From Bacteroidota bacterium (GTDB lineage Bacteria > Bacteroidota > Ignavibacteria > UBA10030), in NCBI GenBank assembly GCA_017882185.1, contig JADGQA010000002.1, forward strand, positions 1 to 48,336: a stretch of 48,336 nt of DNA, written 5' to 3'. Under the pieces are notes generated by a model. The model was not told the origin of the DNA, made no database searches, and saw only the letters and a program-made list of their open reading frames with translations. Positions 18,769 through 27,793 of the stretch are shown here, in pieces; within the stretch, counting starts at the first letter, position 1, and every line of letters begins with the position of its first letter. Both the position numbers and the translations under genes were made by a program.

Positions 18769-18799
18769 CGGCGGCAAGAATTGGTTTTTCTTGCCGCCG
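18769..18799 (-). terminator. Intrinsic terminator between the FecR-like gene and the large OMP gene
   Basis: A 12-bp perfect stem, CGGCGGCAAGAA / TTCTTGCCGCCG, has a 7-nt loop. On the minus strand it is followed by TTTTCTTT. Confidence 0.7.
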
Positions 18800-18856
18800 C
18801 AATGTAGGAAAAGTACAAAAGGGAATCAAGGATCAGTCCCGGCAACGATTGCCGGA

Positions 18857-19597
18857 CTATTCTTCCCACTCAAAGATGATTGTTTTCTTGTGGCCGTCTC
18901 TATCTTCACCCGGGATTCGGATCTGTTTCTTGTGGGTGCCGCCTTGTCCCTGGTTTCCACCCTGACTGCCTAGACCCGTGTTTCCAATGTTTCCTTGCTG
19001 CTGTTCGTCATGGGTAGAATTATGAACATTGACTTGTCCATTACCATAAGTAATTCCAATCTGTCCGGTCCCGACATCCTGGGAAAGATGCGAGAGGAGA
19101 TTTGTGAGTGTGGCCAAGCCTTCGTTGATGATCAATTGATCAACACTGTCTGCACCGCAAGAATATCCGCCCTGCGTCCCGCGGATCGACGCAACTGAGA
19201 TTGGCGACGAAAACCGGAATTGTTCTGTTGCTTGTTTCTTCACGTCGAATGCAACATTTCCTTTCGCCATATAAATACTTCGATCAAGGACTTGCCTTCC
19301 CTGAACCTGAGCCTTGACCTGCACAATGGAATTTTGTCTCACGATGATTTTTGTCTCATCAGGGAATTTAATCATCGCAAAAGAACCCTGTTCTGTTCTC
19401 AACTCATACCCTGAGTGAAGTTGATCGGCAAGTAATGCTTTCTGCCAACCCGTTGTCGGTCCCTTCTTGTCTACACTCTTGACGACCTTGATGACCGTAG
19501 CCGGAAAATCTCCCTTGTCCTGAGGGATTCTCCATGCTGGACTGAGCATAAGAACGCTCGCCACAATAAGAATTAAGAATACACTTTTGCGTTTCAT
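18857..19597 (-). CDS. FecR-domain secreted/periplasmic protein
   Basis: A signal peptide is present. The FecR-like pattern is LHSGYELRTEQGSFAMIKFPDETKIIVRQNSIVQV. The C-terminal tail is G/Q-rich. A TAGGAGA RBS lies upstream. Confidence 0.65.
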   Translation of the reverse strand: MKRKSVFLILIVASVLMLSPAWRIPQDKGDFPATVIKVVKSVDKKGPTTGWQKALLADQLHSGYELRTEQGSFAMIKFPDETKIIVRQNSIVQVKAQVQGRQVLDRSIYMAKGNVAFDVKKQATEQFRFSSPISVASIRGTQGGYSCGADSVDQLIINEGLATLTNLLSHLSQDVGTGQIGITYGNGQVNVHNSTHDEQQQGNIGNTGLGSQGGNQGQGGTHKKQIRIPGEDRDGHKKTIIFEWEE

Positions 19598-19633
19598 TCC
19601 AAAGTCTCCTAAGTAATTTCGATCGTCGTGATG

Positions 19634-20740
19634 TTATTCTACGCGAACGGTGACTTGAATATTTTGGGCCATGAGCTTGGCGACCAATGCTTTCAAATCA
19701 TCCAGAGTCACCGGCTTTCCATCAAGAGTAATCGTGCCCGTCAGGGTCCATCCAATACTCTGGAGAGTAGAAAATGTGCCCGCAGCCGAGCTTCCGAAGC
19801 TGCCCATCATGTCTGAAACATCTTGACCTGCGCGATTATCGAGTCGAATTCGGAAAAGTCGGATTTCGCTACGTCGCTGTATGGTTTGCCGATTCGTTGT
19901 TACGGAGGCTTCCACAAACCACACATAGGACTTGTTCTGTTCCAAACGACGTGACGCGTTTGCAGGATAGGTAAACGATTGTGGCCCATTAACTTCCTGC
20001 TTCAGGAACGGAATACCGTTGACTGCTTCTTCAAGGCTTTGGTAGATAGGCAGCTTCTCATAGACATACAGAGTCACAACAGGATTGGGAGATGTCCAGT
20101 TGAATGTCGGTAAGGTGGTTGAAACAACGGCTCCAGCTTGCGGGTCGATTAGGTTGACCTGAACTTCATCCGGCGAGGCATTGCGGACAGTAACGACTTT
20201 CTGAATCCTTCCGAGAATCGTACCTTTCCCTCCCGTTGGTGTAACGGAGTATGCCTCCAACTGGAGTATGTACTGTCCCACGGGGGCTGTTGGAAACTGC
20301 TTTGCATAGTCTTTGATCCGGTCGCGCAGACCTTGGTTTTCCCTGTAGGGGTCACCTTTGATTTTGATGTCGGAAACACTTCCAGCTGCGAGGTCCGACG
20401 CCGTGATCGTTCGAACCGCGCCAATATTGAACGGCTCGGTCTCTGCGAATACCAATTCCTCGGGGCTTGAATGCCCTTTGAGCTGCACCAATGCTGTTAC
20501 GTCCAGCATGATCTGTCCAGGCACATCCGGGCGGATGGTACCACTGAAGTTCGGAATGTTCTTGGCAAGCTTGTTGGATGTTACATCGATGAAATCCGCA
20601 AGATAGATGACATCGTATTCCAACGACGGAAGATCGAAATCGACGTGGGTGATCGTCTGTGCTTGTGATGTTGATAATCCAATCGTCACGATTGCTGTAA
20701 GGAGCCACACGAACTTGTTTATCGCGATGTTCCGTTTCAT
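19634..20740 (-). CDS. Secreted hypothetical protein (368 aa from the preferred start)
   Basis: An ATG at 20740 is preceded by GGGAGGATTAAG, a strong SD. The signal peptide is MKRNIAINKFVWLLTAIVTIGLSTSQAQ. I recognised no family. The ORF-track start at 20818 is rejected. Confidence 0.7.
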   Translation of the reverse strand: MKRNIAINKFVWLLTAIVTIGLSTSQAQTITHVDFDLPSLEYDVIYLADFIDVTSNKLAKNIPNFSGTIRPDVPGQIMLDVTALVQLKGHSSPEELVFAETEPFNIGAVRTITASDLAAGSVSDIKIKGDPYRENQGLRDRIKDYAKQFPTAPVGQYILQLEAYSVTPTGGKGTILGRIQKVVTVRNASPDEVQVNLIDPQAGAVVSTTLPTFNWTSPNPVVTLYVYEKLPIYQSLEEAVNGIPFLKQEVNGPQSFTYPANASRRLEQNKSYVWFVEASVTTNRQTIQRRSEIRLFRIRLDNRAGQDVSDMMGSFGSSAAGTFSTLQSIGWTLTGTITLDGKPVTLDDLKALVAKLMAQNIQVTVRVE

Positions 20741-20831
20741 CTTAATCCTCCCTGGTGATAATTTGTTCTTTGCTTCAAAGTACAATTGGCGGGCGACCCG
20801 ATTCGTGACCACTCTCACAAGTCGTTATTTT

Positions 20832-22190
20832 TCAAAGATTTGAGATGTCATTATAGAGAACCACTGCCATAAAAGCAAGCAACAAGAAGAACCCTGTCTG
20901 CTGAAGGGCAATTTTTACCTTTGCCGGTATTTCTTTCCTGAAAATACCTTCATAGGAAACAAAAAGCAGGTGCCCCCCATCAAGAGCTGGAAAGGGAAGG
21001 ATATTGATGAAGGCCAGGCTGAGACTCAGAAGCGATATAAAGGTCAAAAAACTCGTTCCCCCCTCCTCGGCGGCCTGATTTGCCATCTGTGCGATTTTGA
21101 CTGGGCCTCCGACTGACTTTGAAAAAGAGACCTTTCCCACAGCCACTTGCCATAGACTACTAACGAGAAACGCACTTGTTTTCGCGACATCCTTGATGCT
21201 CGCGGGAAACGCTTCCAGCAGTGTGTACCGCATGTGATCTACAGGACCCCGATAAGCCGGAAAGAGAGTTATGCCAATTTTTCCTTCTGCGGTCGGTACT
21301 ACTTTTGCTTCTAGAAACTTATCCCCGCGTTTCCACTGCAGAACGATTTGTTTCGACGCATTCTGCTGCACCATGATCGGAAGTGAGGCAAACGTGACCT
21401 TCACGCCGTTGACACTGAGAATCGTATCACGGGGTATCAGTCCGATACCCTCTGCGGGCTTCCCTTTTTCAACATTACCAACCACAGGAACAGCGCCGGC
21501 AGGGAGAAGGCCAAAACTATCCGGATTCTCGGGAATGGAAGAAGCTTTGATTGGAACAGGTTGGATTCCGCCATCGCGCAGGATACTAATGACGATATTC
21601 TCTCCAAAGTTTTCGGCATAGATTAAGTTGTCAATGTCCTCCCAATACGTTACAGAAGTGCCGTTCACCGCCAGGATTTTGTCTCCTTGCTGCAATCCTG
21701 CACGTTGGGCGGGACTGTTTACCGAGACATATCCAATTTCCGTCACGGGGTGTACAATTTTTCCGTTGTGATAGATCAATCCCCAGAAAACTGCGATTGC
21801 CAACACCACATTCATCACTACGCCCGCCGAAAGGACAATCATTCTCTGCCAGATGGGCTTCGACCGAAATTCCCAGGGCTGTGGCTCCTTGCTGAGGAAT
21901 TCTGTATCCAGACTTTCGTCGATCATGCCTGCAATTTTCACATAACCGCCGATCGGAAATGCAGAGACTCGATAGTCTGTGTGTCCGTTGAGCTCAACAT
22001 CCGGCGCAAGTTTGCCGAGTGAAAAACCATTCACTCTGTTGTAGCCAAAGAGCCTGTACCCCATACCAAGTGCGAAAACATCTGCTCTGATGCCGAACAA
22101 CCGGGCTGCCGCGAAATGGCCAAATTCGTGTATGAATACCAATACGCCAATCGTGATGACGAAATAGAAGACCGAAGAAAGAAATTCCAT
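20832..22190 (-). CDS. rseP: RIP metalloprotease RseP (site-2 protease, M50) with PDZ domains
   Basis: HEFGHFAAA is the HExxH motif within the first TM. PDZ-like segments are present. The C-terminal motif is NILPFPALDGGH. The start is set at the ATG at 22190 (MEFLSSVFYF) so that the gene does not overlap dxr. Confidence 0.9.
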   Translation of the reverse strand: MEFLSSVFYFVITIGVLVFIHEFGHFAAARLFGIRADVFALGMGYRLFGYNRVNGFSLGKLAPDVELNGHTDYRVSAFPIGGYVKIAGMIDESLDTEFLSKEPQPWEFRSKPIWQRMIVLSAGVVMNVVLAIAVFWGLIYHNGKIVHPVTEIGYVSVNSPAQRAGLQQGDKILAVNGTSVTYWEDIDNLIYAENFGENIVISILRDGGIQPVPIKASSIPENPDSFGLLPAGAVPVVGNVEKGKPAEGIGLIPRDTILSVNGVKVTFASLPIMVQQNASKQIVLQWKRGDKFLEAKVVPTAEGKIGITLFPAYRGPVDHMRYTLLEAFPASIKDVAKTSAFLVSSLWQVAVGKVSFSKSVGGPVKIAQMANQAAEEGGTSFLTFISLLSLSLAFINILPFPALDGGHLLFVSYEGIFRKEIPAKVKIALQQTGFFLLLAFMAVVLYNDISNL

Positions 22191-22218
22191 TAAATATGCT
22201 CTCGAGTATGAACGAATG

Positions 22219-23361
22219 CTACAGTAGTGAATGAACGTATTTCCGTGTTGACGCGTCGGCTTCGACAATGTCACCCAATTCCGGCAACACAACTCTCTTA
22301 TGCGATGCAACAGCCTTGTCTATCAGTTCAGGGATTCTCTTGAATGAAATTTTTCGGCCGAGGAAGGCTTCGACCGCGACTTCATTGGCGGCATTCATGG
22401 CAGCTGGGGTTGTGCCACCAAGAGAAAGTGCATCGAACGCAATTTGCAGGCATCGGAATTTTTTGCGATCCGGCTCGATGAATGTCAGTGAACTCAGTTT
22501 CGGAAAATCAACCCTTTTGCCGTTCATGGGCAACCGCGCCGGATAAGTTAATGCATACTGGATAGGTATTTTCATATCCGGCAGGCCCATCTGTGCTTTC
22601 AAAGAACCATCGATGAATTCCACCATCGAGTGAATAATGGATTGAGGGTGAATGACAACCTCGATCCGGTCAGGAGGCAGGTCAAACAACCAATGAGCTT
22701 CAATGACTTCCAGCCCTTTGTTCATCAACGTCGCAGAATCTATCGTGATCTTTTTCCCCATGCTCCAGTTGGGGTGGTTCAGGGCCTCTTCCACAGTGAT
22801 CGTATCGAAGTCTCTGAGCGGTCTGTTCAGGAAAGGCCCCCCTGATGCTGTCAGGATCAATTTCGAAATGTGGGAGGATTCTTCGCCGACGAGGCACTGC
22901 AAAATGGCACTGTGTTCGCTGTCAATGGGTATAAGTCGAACGCCATACTCCTTGACAAGCGACGTTATGAGCTGCCCCGCAACGACGAGTGTCTCCTTGT
23001 TCGCGAGGGCGACGGTCTTTTTGTGCTTGACGGCCTCGATCGTTGGGTTCAAACCTGCAAAACCAACGAGCGAGCTAATGACAATATCGACGTCCGCACG
23101 TCCAACGATCTCCGATAGACCTTCTTCTCCCGAGAGAACCTCTGTCCCACGGTCAAGAACTTTTCTTAAGACAGACGCGTTGCAGCTATCAAGGACAACC
23201 ACACCCCGGGGATGAAATTGCGCGATCTGCTCCTGGAGAAGATCAATATTTTTATTCGCCGTCAGATATGTAACGCAAAACTGATCAGGAAGGTTCTTAA
23301 TGACTTCCAGGCTGCTACGACCAATCGACCCCGTCGAACCTAAAATTGCAATGTTCTTCAT
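22219..23361 (-). CDS. dxr: 1-deoxy-D-xylulose-5-phosphate reductoisomerase
   Basis: The N-terminus is ILGSTGSIGRSSLEV. The motifs NKETLV, DSEHSA and NAANEVAV are present. The conserved dxr-rseP gene order is seen. Confidence 0.95.
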   Translation of the reverse strand: MKNIAILGSTGSIGRSSLEVIKNLPDQFCVTYLTANKNIDLLQEQIAQFHPRGVVVLDSCNASVLRKVLDRGTEVLSGEEGLSEIVGRADVDIVISSLVGFAGLNPTIEAVKHKKTVALANKETLVVAGQLITSLVKEYGVRLIPIDSEHSAILQCLVGEESSHISKLILTASGGPFLNRPLRDFDTITVEEALNHPNWSMGKKITIDSATLMNKGLEVIEAHWLFDLPPDRIEVVIHPQSIIHSMVEFIDGSLKAQMGLPDMKIPIQYALTYPARLPMNGKRVDFPKLSSLTFIEPDRKKFRCLQIAFDALSLGGTTPAAMNAANEVAVEAFLGRKISFKRIPELIDKAVASHKRVVLPELGDIVEADASTRKYVHSLL

Positions 23362-23509
23362 TCTCAGATTTCTTTATGAAATCAAGTTAAGTAAATTCGC
23401 TAGGCATGTCAAGAAACTGTGAGGTACGGATCGTTCCTCGTTATTTTGAGCATACATTGGACAGGCTTCGTTATTTTGGTATATTTCGACTGTCGTTTGT
23501 TGACCCTTG

Positions 23510-25390
23510 ATGTGTAATCCTCTGAAATACGTTGTTGTTCCTCTTGCTGTCATGTGTTTGCTTTCTCCGCTCCAGGCGCAGGATGCAGATGCCGAGTTCC
23601 AACTTAGACTTGCTCAATCATTCGAGCAGACAGGAGATTGGGAACGCGCAGCCGCACTCTACGAAAAACTGTACGGCGCACAGCCCGATAATGAACTCTA
23701 CTTTGAGGGACTTCGACGTGCAAACCTGCAACTTCGTGCGTACGAAAAGGTTGTCAATCTAGTCGAGCTTCGATTGAAAGCGCAGCCAGGGAACATGGCT
23801 CTCCTCGCATCCCTTGGAAGCATTTACTATGAATCCGGCTCTGAACAGAAAGCGGATTCGATATGGAACCGATTGATAGAAATCGATCCGAAGAACATCG
23901 GATTATACCGTGTTGTCGCTTCTCAAATGATGGAACACCGTCTTTTCGAGCAAGCAGTAAATACGTACCGCGCCGGCCGGACTGCAAGCGGGAGTGAGAA
24001 TGCCTTCACGGATGAACTTGCAGGCCTGTACACGGTTCTTCAACAGTATACCGCTGCTTCAATCGAATTCATCAGGCTGCTCAAAGCATACCCTCAACAG
24101 CTTCCGTTCATCGAAAACAGAATAGCGTCGTTCACGATCCGCGACGCCGGACTTCGTGCCGCAATTGAGGTGACGCGCGATGAAGTGCGACGTGGACCCG
24201 AAAACATCGTGTTGCGGAAACTCGATGCCTGGCTTTCGATGGAGGGAAAAGACTACCAGACGGCGCTCGAGGAATACCGGGTCATTGACCGATTGAGTAA
24301 CTCGAACGGTGCGGAGCTTTTGGATTTCGCCCGGCGCGCATCGCTGGAAGGAAGTTATTTCATAGCATCCCAGGCATTCCACGATATCATTGATCGCTCC
24401 CGTAATCTCGCTATCGTCTCGCAAGCACGCTTCGGATACGCGCGTTCAATGGAGGATTTGAGCAGCGAAGCCGATTCTTCCGAAGTTCCGCCAGCCACGC
24501 ACGCATCGTTGCATTACGATCCCTCCCCGACGCGAATCTCCGAAACCAAGAAAAGTTTTCAGAATGTCGTCCAGTTGTACGAAGCCGTAATCAGTGATTA
24601 TCCCAATTCCGACCTTGCCGCTCAATCGTTCTATCGCATTGGGATTATCCATATGGAGCGATTCTTCGACTTGAATGATGCGCTTGAATCCTTCGGGAAA
24701 GCGAAATCCGCAACTCGAACAGCGGAGCTCACTGCCGATGCATCGATGAAAACAGCCGAAGTGTACGTTCTGCAGAACGACTTAACGTCCGCTCGGAATG
24801 AATACCAAAGTCTTCTGCGAATACCCTATCCGACATATCAGCAATCGGCCCAATTTAGAATTGCTGAGTTGGACTATTTCGGAGGTAAGTTCGATTCGAC
24901 TCTCATAGACCTCAAACCGCTCACCGCAAATCTCGGTTCTGATCTTTCGAACGATGCTCTTCTTCTCCAGTATTTTGTGATGGAAAATAAGGAAAGCAAA
25001 CCCGCTGCATTGGGAGAGTATGCAAAAGCCGATCTCTTGATGAGACAACAAAAATACGCTGAATCTCTTGCTCGATTCACAGATATCGTGAAAACCTATC
25101 CGACGACACTTCTCGTTGATGATGCAACCCTAAGAATTGCAGAACTGCATCTGTTGTTGAATCAATTAAATGAGGCGCTCGCCACGTTTCAACACATCGT
25201 GAACGATATGCCTGAAAGTATTCTGAGAGACCGCGCACAAATGAGAATTGCCGAGACCTTTCAACGCATTCTTAAAGACAAAGACAAGGCAATTGCGGCT
25301 TATGAGCAAATTCTCTCCAAATTCCCGAATTCCCTGTACCTGGAACAGGCTCGTAAGCGCATTCGTCAATTGAGGGGCGACGCAAGTTGA
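23510..25390 (+). CDS. Secreted tetratricopeptide-repeat protein (YbgF/BamD-like repeats)
   Basis: A signal peptide is followed by multiple TPR-like units, including the recurring YPNSDLAAQSFYRIG and FPNSLYLEQARKRI motifs. I prefer the ATG at 23510 over the TTG at 23507. Confidence 0.75.
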   Translation: MCNPLKYVVVPLAVMCLLSPLQAQDADAEFQLRLAQSFEQTGDWERAAALYEKLYGAQPDNELYFEGLRRANLQLRAYEKVVNLVELRLKAQPGNMALLASLGSIYYESGSEQKADSIWNRLIEIDPKNIGLYRVVASQMMEHRLFEQAVNTYRAGRTASGSENAFTDELAGLYTVLQQYTAASIEFIRLLKAYPQQLPFIENRIASFTIRDAGLRAAIEVTRDEVRRGPENIVLRKLDAWLSMEGKDYQTALEEYRVIDRLSNSNGAELLDFARRASLEGSYFIASQAFHDIIDRSRNLAIVSQARFGYARSMEDLSSEADSSEVPPATHASLHYDPSPTRISETKKSFQNVVQLYEAVISDYPNSDLAAQSFYRIGIIHMERFFDLNDALESFGKAKSATRTAELTADASMKTAEVYVLQNDLTSARNEYQSLLRIPYPTYQQSAQFRIAELDYFGGKFDSTLIDLKPLTANLGSDLSNDALLLQYFVMENKESKPAALGEYAKADLLMRQQKYAESLARFTDIVKTYPTTLLVDDATLRIAELHLLLNQLNEALATFQHIVNDMPESILRDRAQMRIAETFQRILKDKDKAIAAYEQILSKFPNSLYLEQARKRIRQLRGDAS

Positions 25391-25496
25391 AGATTCAACA
25401 ATCATTTAGTCGCAGATGTTGTGAGCGACAGATTGTCAACAAGTCAGTTTTCGAATTACGGAAATCTGCGCGATCGCAAGAAATCTTTCAGGGACC

Positions 25497-26468
25497 ATGA
25501 AATCCATATTCAATAATCGAACAAAGTCCGAAACAAGTCCGGACGAATTCCGGGATCTTGGCCTCGGCACAAAAGTCTCAAACCAGGCACAACGAATGAT
25601 CAATCGGGATGGATCATTCAATGTTGAACGTCAGGGGCTTCCCTTCTTCCAGTCGCTCAGCGTCTTTCACACCCTCATCAGGACGACCTGGTTTAAGTTC
25701 AACCTACTGCTTGTTGCTTCGTTTCTTGTGGTCAATGGTTTTTTCGCCATTCTCTACCTGGCAATTGGTTTTCAACATCTCGTGGGGGCTACAGGGGACG
25801 GTCTGTTTCACCGGTTCACAGAAGCATTCTTCTTCAGCACGCAAACGTTTACCACCGTTGGCTATGGGAGGATCAGCCCTGAAGGATTCCTTGCCAATAC
25901 AGTCGCAACGTTCGAATCCATGGCCGGATGGCTCTATTTTGCGATGGCCGCCGGACTCTTCTACGGAAGGTTTTCACGACCACACGCGAGGATCATCTTC
26001 AGTAAGAATGCAATTATTGCACCCTATCGTGGCGGTACGGCATTCGAATTCAGAATTGCGAATGAACGAAGCAACCAACTTATCGAGGTGGAGGCGCAGG
26101 TTCTTCTGGCGAGGCGGGAATACCAAAATGGGCAGATGAAACGACGCTTCTATCCGTTGACGCTTGAACGCACGCAGGTGACATTTTTCCCGTTGACTTG
26201 GACGGTTGTTCATCCTATCGATGAATCGAGCCCGTTGTTCGGTGTGACGAAGGAAAGTCTTACTGATACCGACGTCGAATTCCTGATCTTGCTCAAGGCG
26301 TTCGATGACACGTTTTCCCAAACCGTCCATGCTCGCTCTTCCTACAAACACGATGAAGTCGTCGTTGGCGCGAAGTTCGACACCATTTATGGAATGGACG
26401 AAAGTGGTAGAACAACTATCGAACTGCACAAAATTCACGATATCGAACACGCCGAGTTACAACGATGA
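25497..26468 (+). CDS. Inward-rectifier-type potassium channel (KirBac-like)
   Basis: The N-terminal RMINRDGSFNVERQG pattern is present. There are two TM helices. The pore helix and selectivity filter read TQTFTTVGYG. A beta-rich cytoplasmic C-terminal domain follows. Confidence 0.85.
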   Translation: MKSIFNNRTKSETSPDEFRDLGLGTKVSNQAQRMINRDGSFNVERQGLPFFQSLSVFHTLIRTTWFKFNLLLVASFLVVNGFFAILYLAIGFQHLVGATGDGLFHRFTEAFFFSTQTFTTVGYGRISPEGFLANTVATFESMAGWLYFAMAAGLFYGRFSRPHARIIFSKNAIIAPYRGGTAFEFRIANERSNQLIEVEAQVLLARREYQNGQMKRRFYPLTLERTQVTFFPLTWTVVHPIDESSPLFGVTKESLTDTDVEFLILLKAFDDTFSQTVHARSSYKHDEVVVGAKFDTIYGMDESGRTTIELHKIHDIEHAELQR

Positions 26469-27754
26469 GCAATTCTGTGAGGTTACTAAGATCATTCTGT
26501 TTGCGTCTGGCCCTTCTTCTGGTTCCATGTCTCCTTTTCGCTCAGGCGAAGCTGCTTATTCCTATGGATCTGAAACAAAGTGATCACCTGAAATCATACG
26601 GCATCGCATTTTGGATTCTTCAACATCACGGTGAAGTAGATTGGATGTTGAACTATCGAGGCGGTTCGTTCATGTGTGATTATAGTGACCTTCTTGCCAG
26701 TGAATGTAGGATCCGGGGAGTCTTGTTCGAACCAGTGTCCGCATCCCAAGCGACATCGATGTACGCCGAGGTGCAGAGGCCGGACAACAATGAAGATGTC
26801 GTTCGCCTGGAAAAGGTGCCAAGAATTGCCGTTTATGTTCCGCCGAATTTTAAACCGTGGGATGATGCTGTTACTCTCGCCCTGGAATACGCGGAAATTC
26901 CCTACACAAAAATCTGGGACGATGAAGTTTTGAGTGGAAAACTGTCAGAATTCGATTGGCTCCATCTCCACCACGAAGATTTCACAGGGCAGTATGGGAA
27001 ATTCTACGCCAACTATCGGAATGCACAATGGTACAACGAACAGCAGTTGTTGTATGAGCAGGAGGCGCACAAGCTGGGGTACAAGAAAGTCTCAGACGAA
27101 AAGAAAGCCGTGGCCCGAGCGATCAAGGACTACATCGGCAACGGAGGTTTCATGTTTGCTATGTGCTCTGCAACCGATTCCTATGACATTGCGCTCTCGG
27201 CAGAAAACGTCGACATCTGCGATGTGATGTATGACGGCGATCCACCGGATTCCCACGCTCAAGAAAAACTCGATTTCTCAAAAACCCTGGCATTCTGGAA
27301 TTTCAAGCTTGAAAGGAATTCGCTTCGGTACGAGTACTCCGACATTGATATTCCGCCAAGTGATCCGCCCCCCATTCGGGACCCCAGCACCGACTATTTT
27401 ACACTATTCCAATTTTCTGCGAAGTATGACCCTGTGCCGACCATGCTCACGCAAGATCATGTCTCCATTGTAAAGGGATTTATGGGACAGACAACTGCGT
27501 TCAAGAAGAGTCTGATCAAGCCGACTGTGACCATTCTTGCCGAGCGTGAGGGAACAGAAGAGATAAAATACATTCACGGCAACTTTGGACGGGGGACATT
27601 CACATTTTACGGCGGTCACGACCCGGAAGACTACCAGCACAACGTCGGCGATCCCCCCACGGATCTCGCACTTCACAAGAATTCGCCCGGTTACCGACTC
27701 ATTCTCAATAACGTTCTATTTCCAGCTGCCAAGAAGAAACAACAGAAGACCTGA
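26465..27754 (+). CDS. Secreted conserved protein of unknown function (possible class-I glutamine-amidotransferase-like fold)
   Basis: A signal peptide is present. The N-terminal DHLKSYGIAFWIL...VDWMLNYRGGSF resembles a family common in FCB genomes that I recall often being labelled asparagine synthetase B. GGFMFAMCSATDS looks like a nucleophile elbow. The start overlaps the Kir stop (ATGA). Confidence 0.6.
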   Translation: MSNSVRLLRSFCLRLALLLVPCLLFAQAKLLIPMDLKQSDHLKSYGIAFWILQHHGEVDWMLNYRGGSFMCDYSDLLASECRIRGVLFEPVSASQATSMYAEVQRPDNNEDVVRLEKVPRIAVYVPPNFKPWDDAVTLALEYAEIPYTKIWDDEVLSGKLSEFDWLHLHHEDFTGQYGKFYANYRNAQWYNEQQLLYEQEAHKLGYKKVSDEKKAVARAIKDYIGNGGFMFAMCSATDSYDIALSAENVDICDVMYDGDPPDSHAQEKLDFSKTLAFWNFKLERNSLRYEYSDIDIPPSDPPPIRDPSTDYFTLFQFSAKYDPVPTMLTQDHVSIVKGFMGQTTAFKKSLIKPTVTILAEREGTEEIKYIHGNFGRGTFTFYGGHDPEDYQHNVGDPPTDLALHKNSPGYRLILNNVLFPAAKKKQQKT

Positions 27755-27793
27755 CGATTGATCGTTGGAGTACTTGCAGGATGCATAGAATGG

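Noticed and set aside
22703-23215. A 170-aa plus-strand ORF.
   Set aside because: It is antisense to dxr and is a shadow ORF.
25609-26139. A 176-aa plus-strand ORF in an alternative frame of the Kir channel gene.
   Set aside because: It is an out-of-frame overlap with a gene that has clear channel motifs. Its Ser/Arg/Pro-rich composition is typical of off-frame translation.
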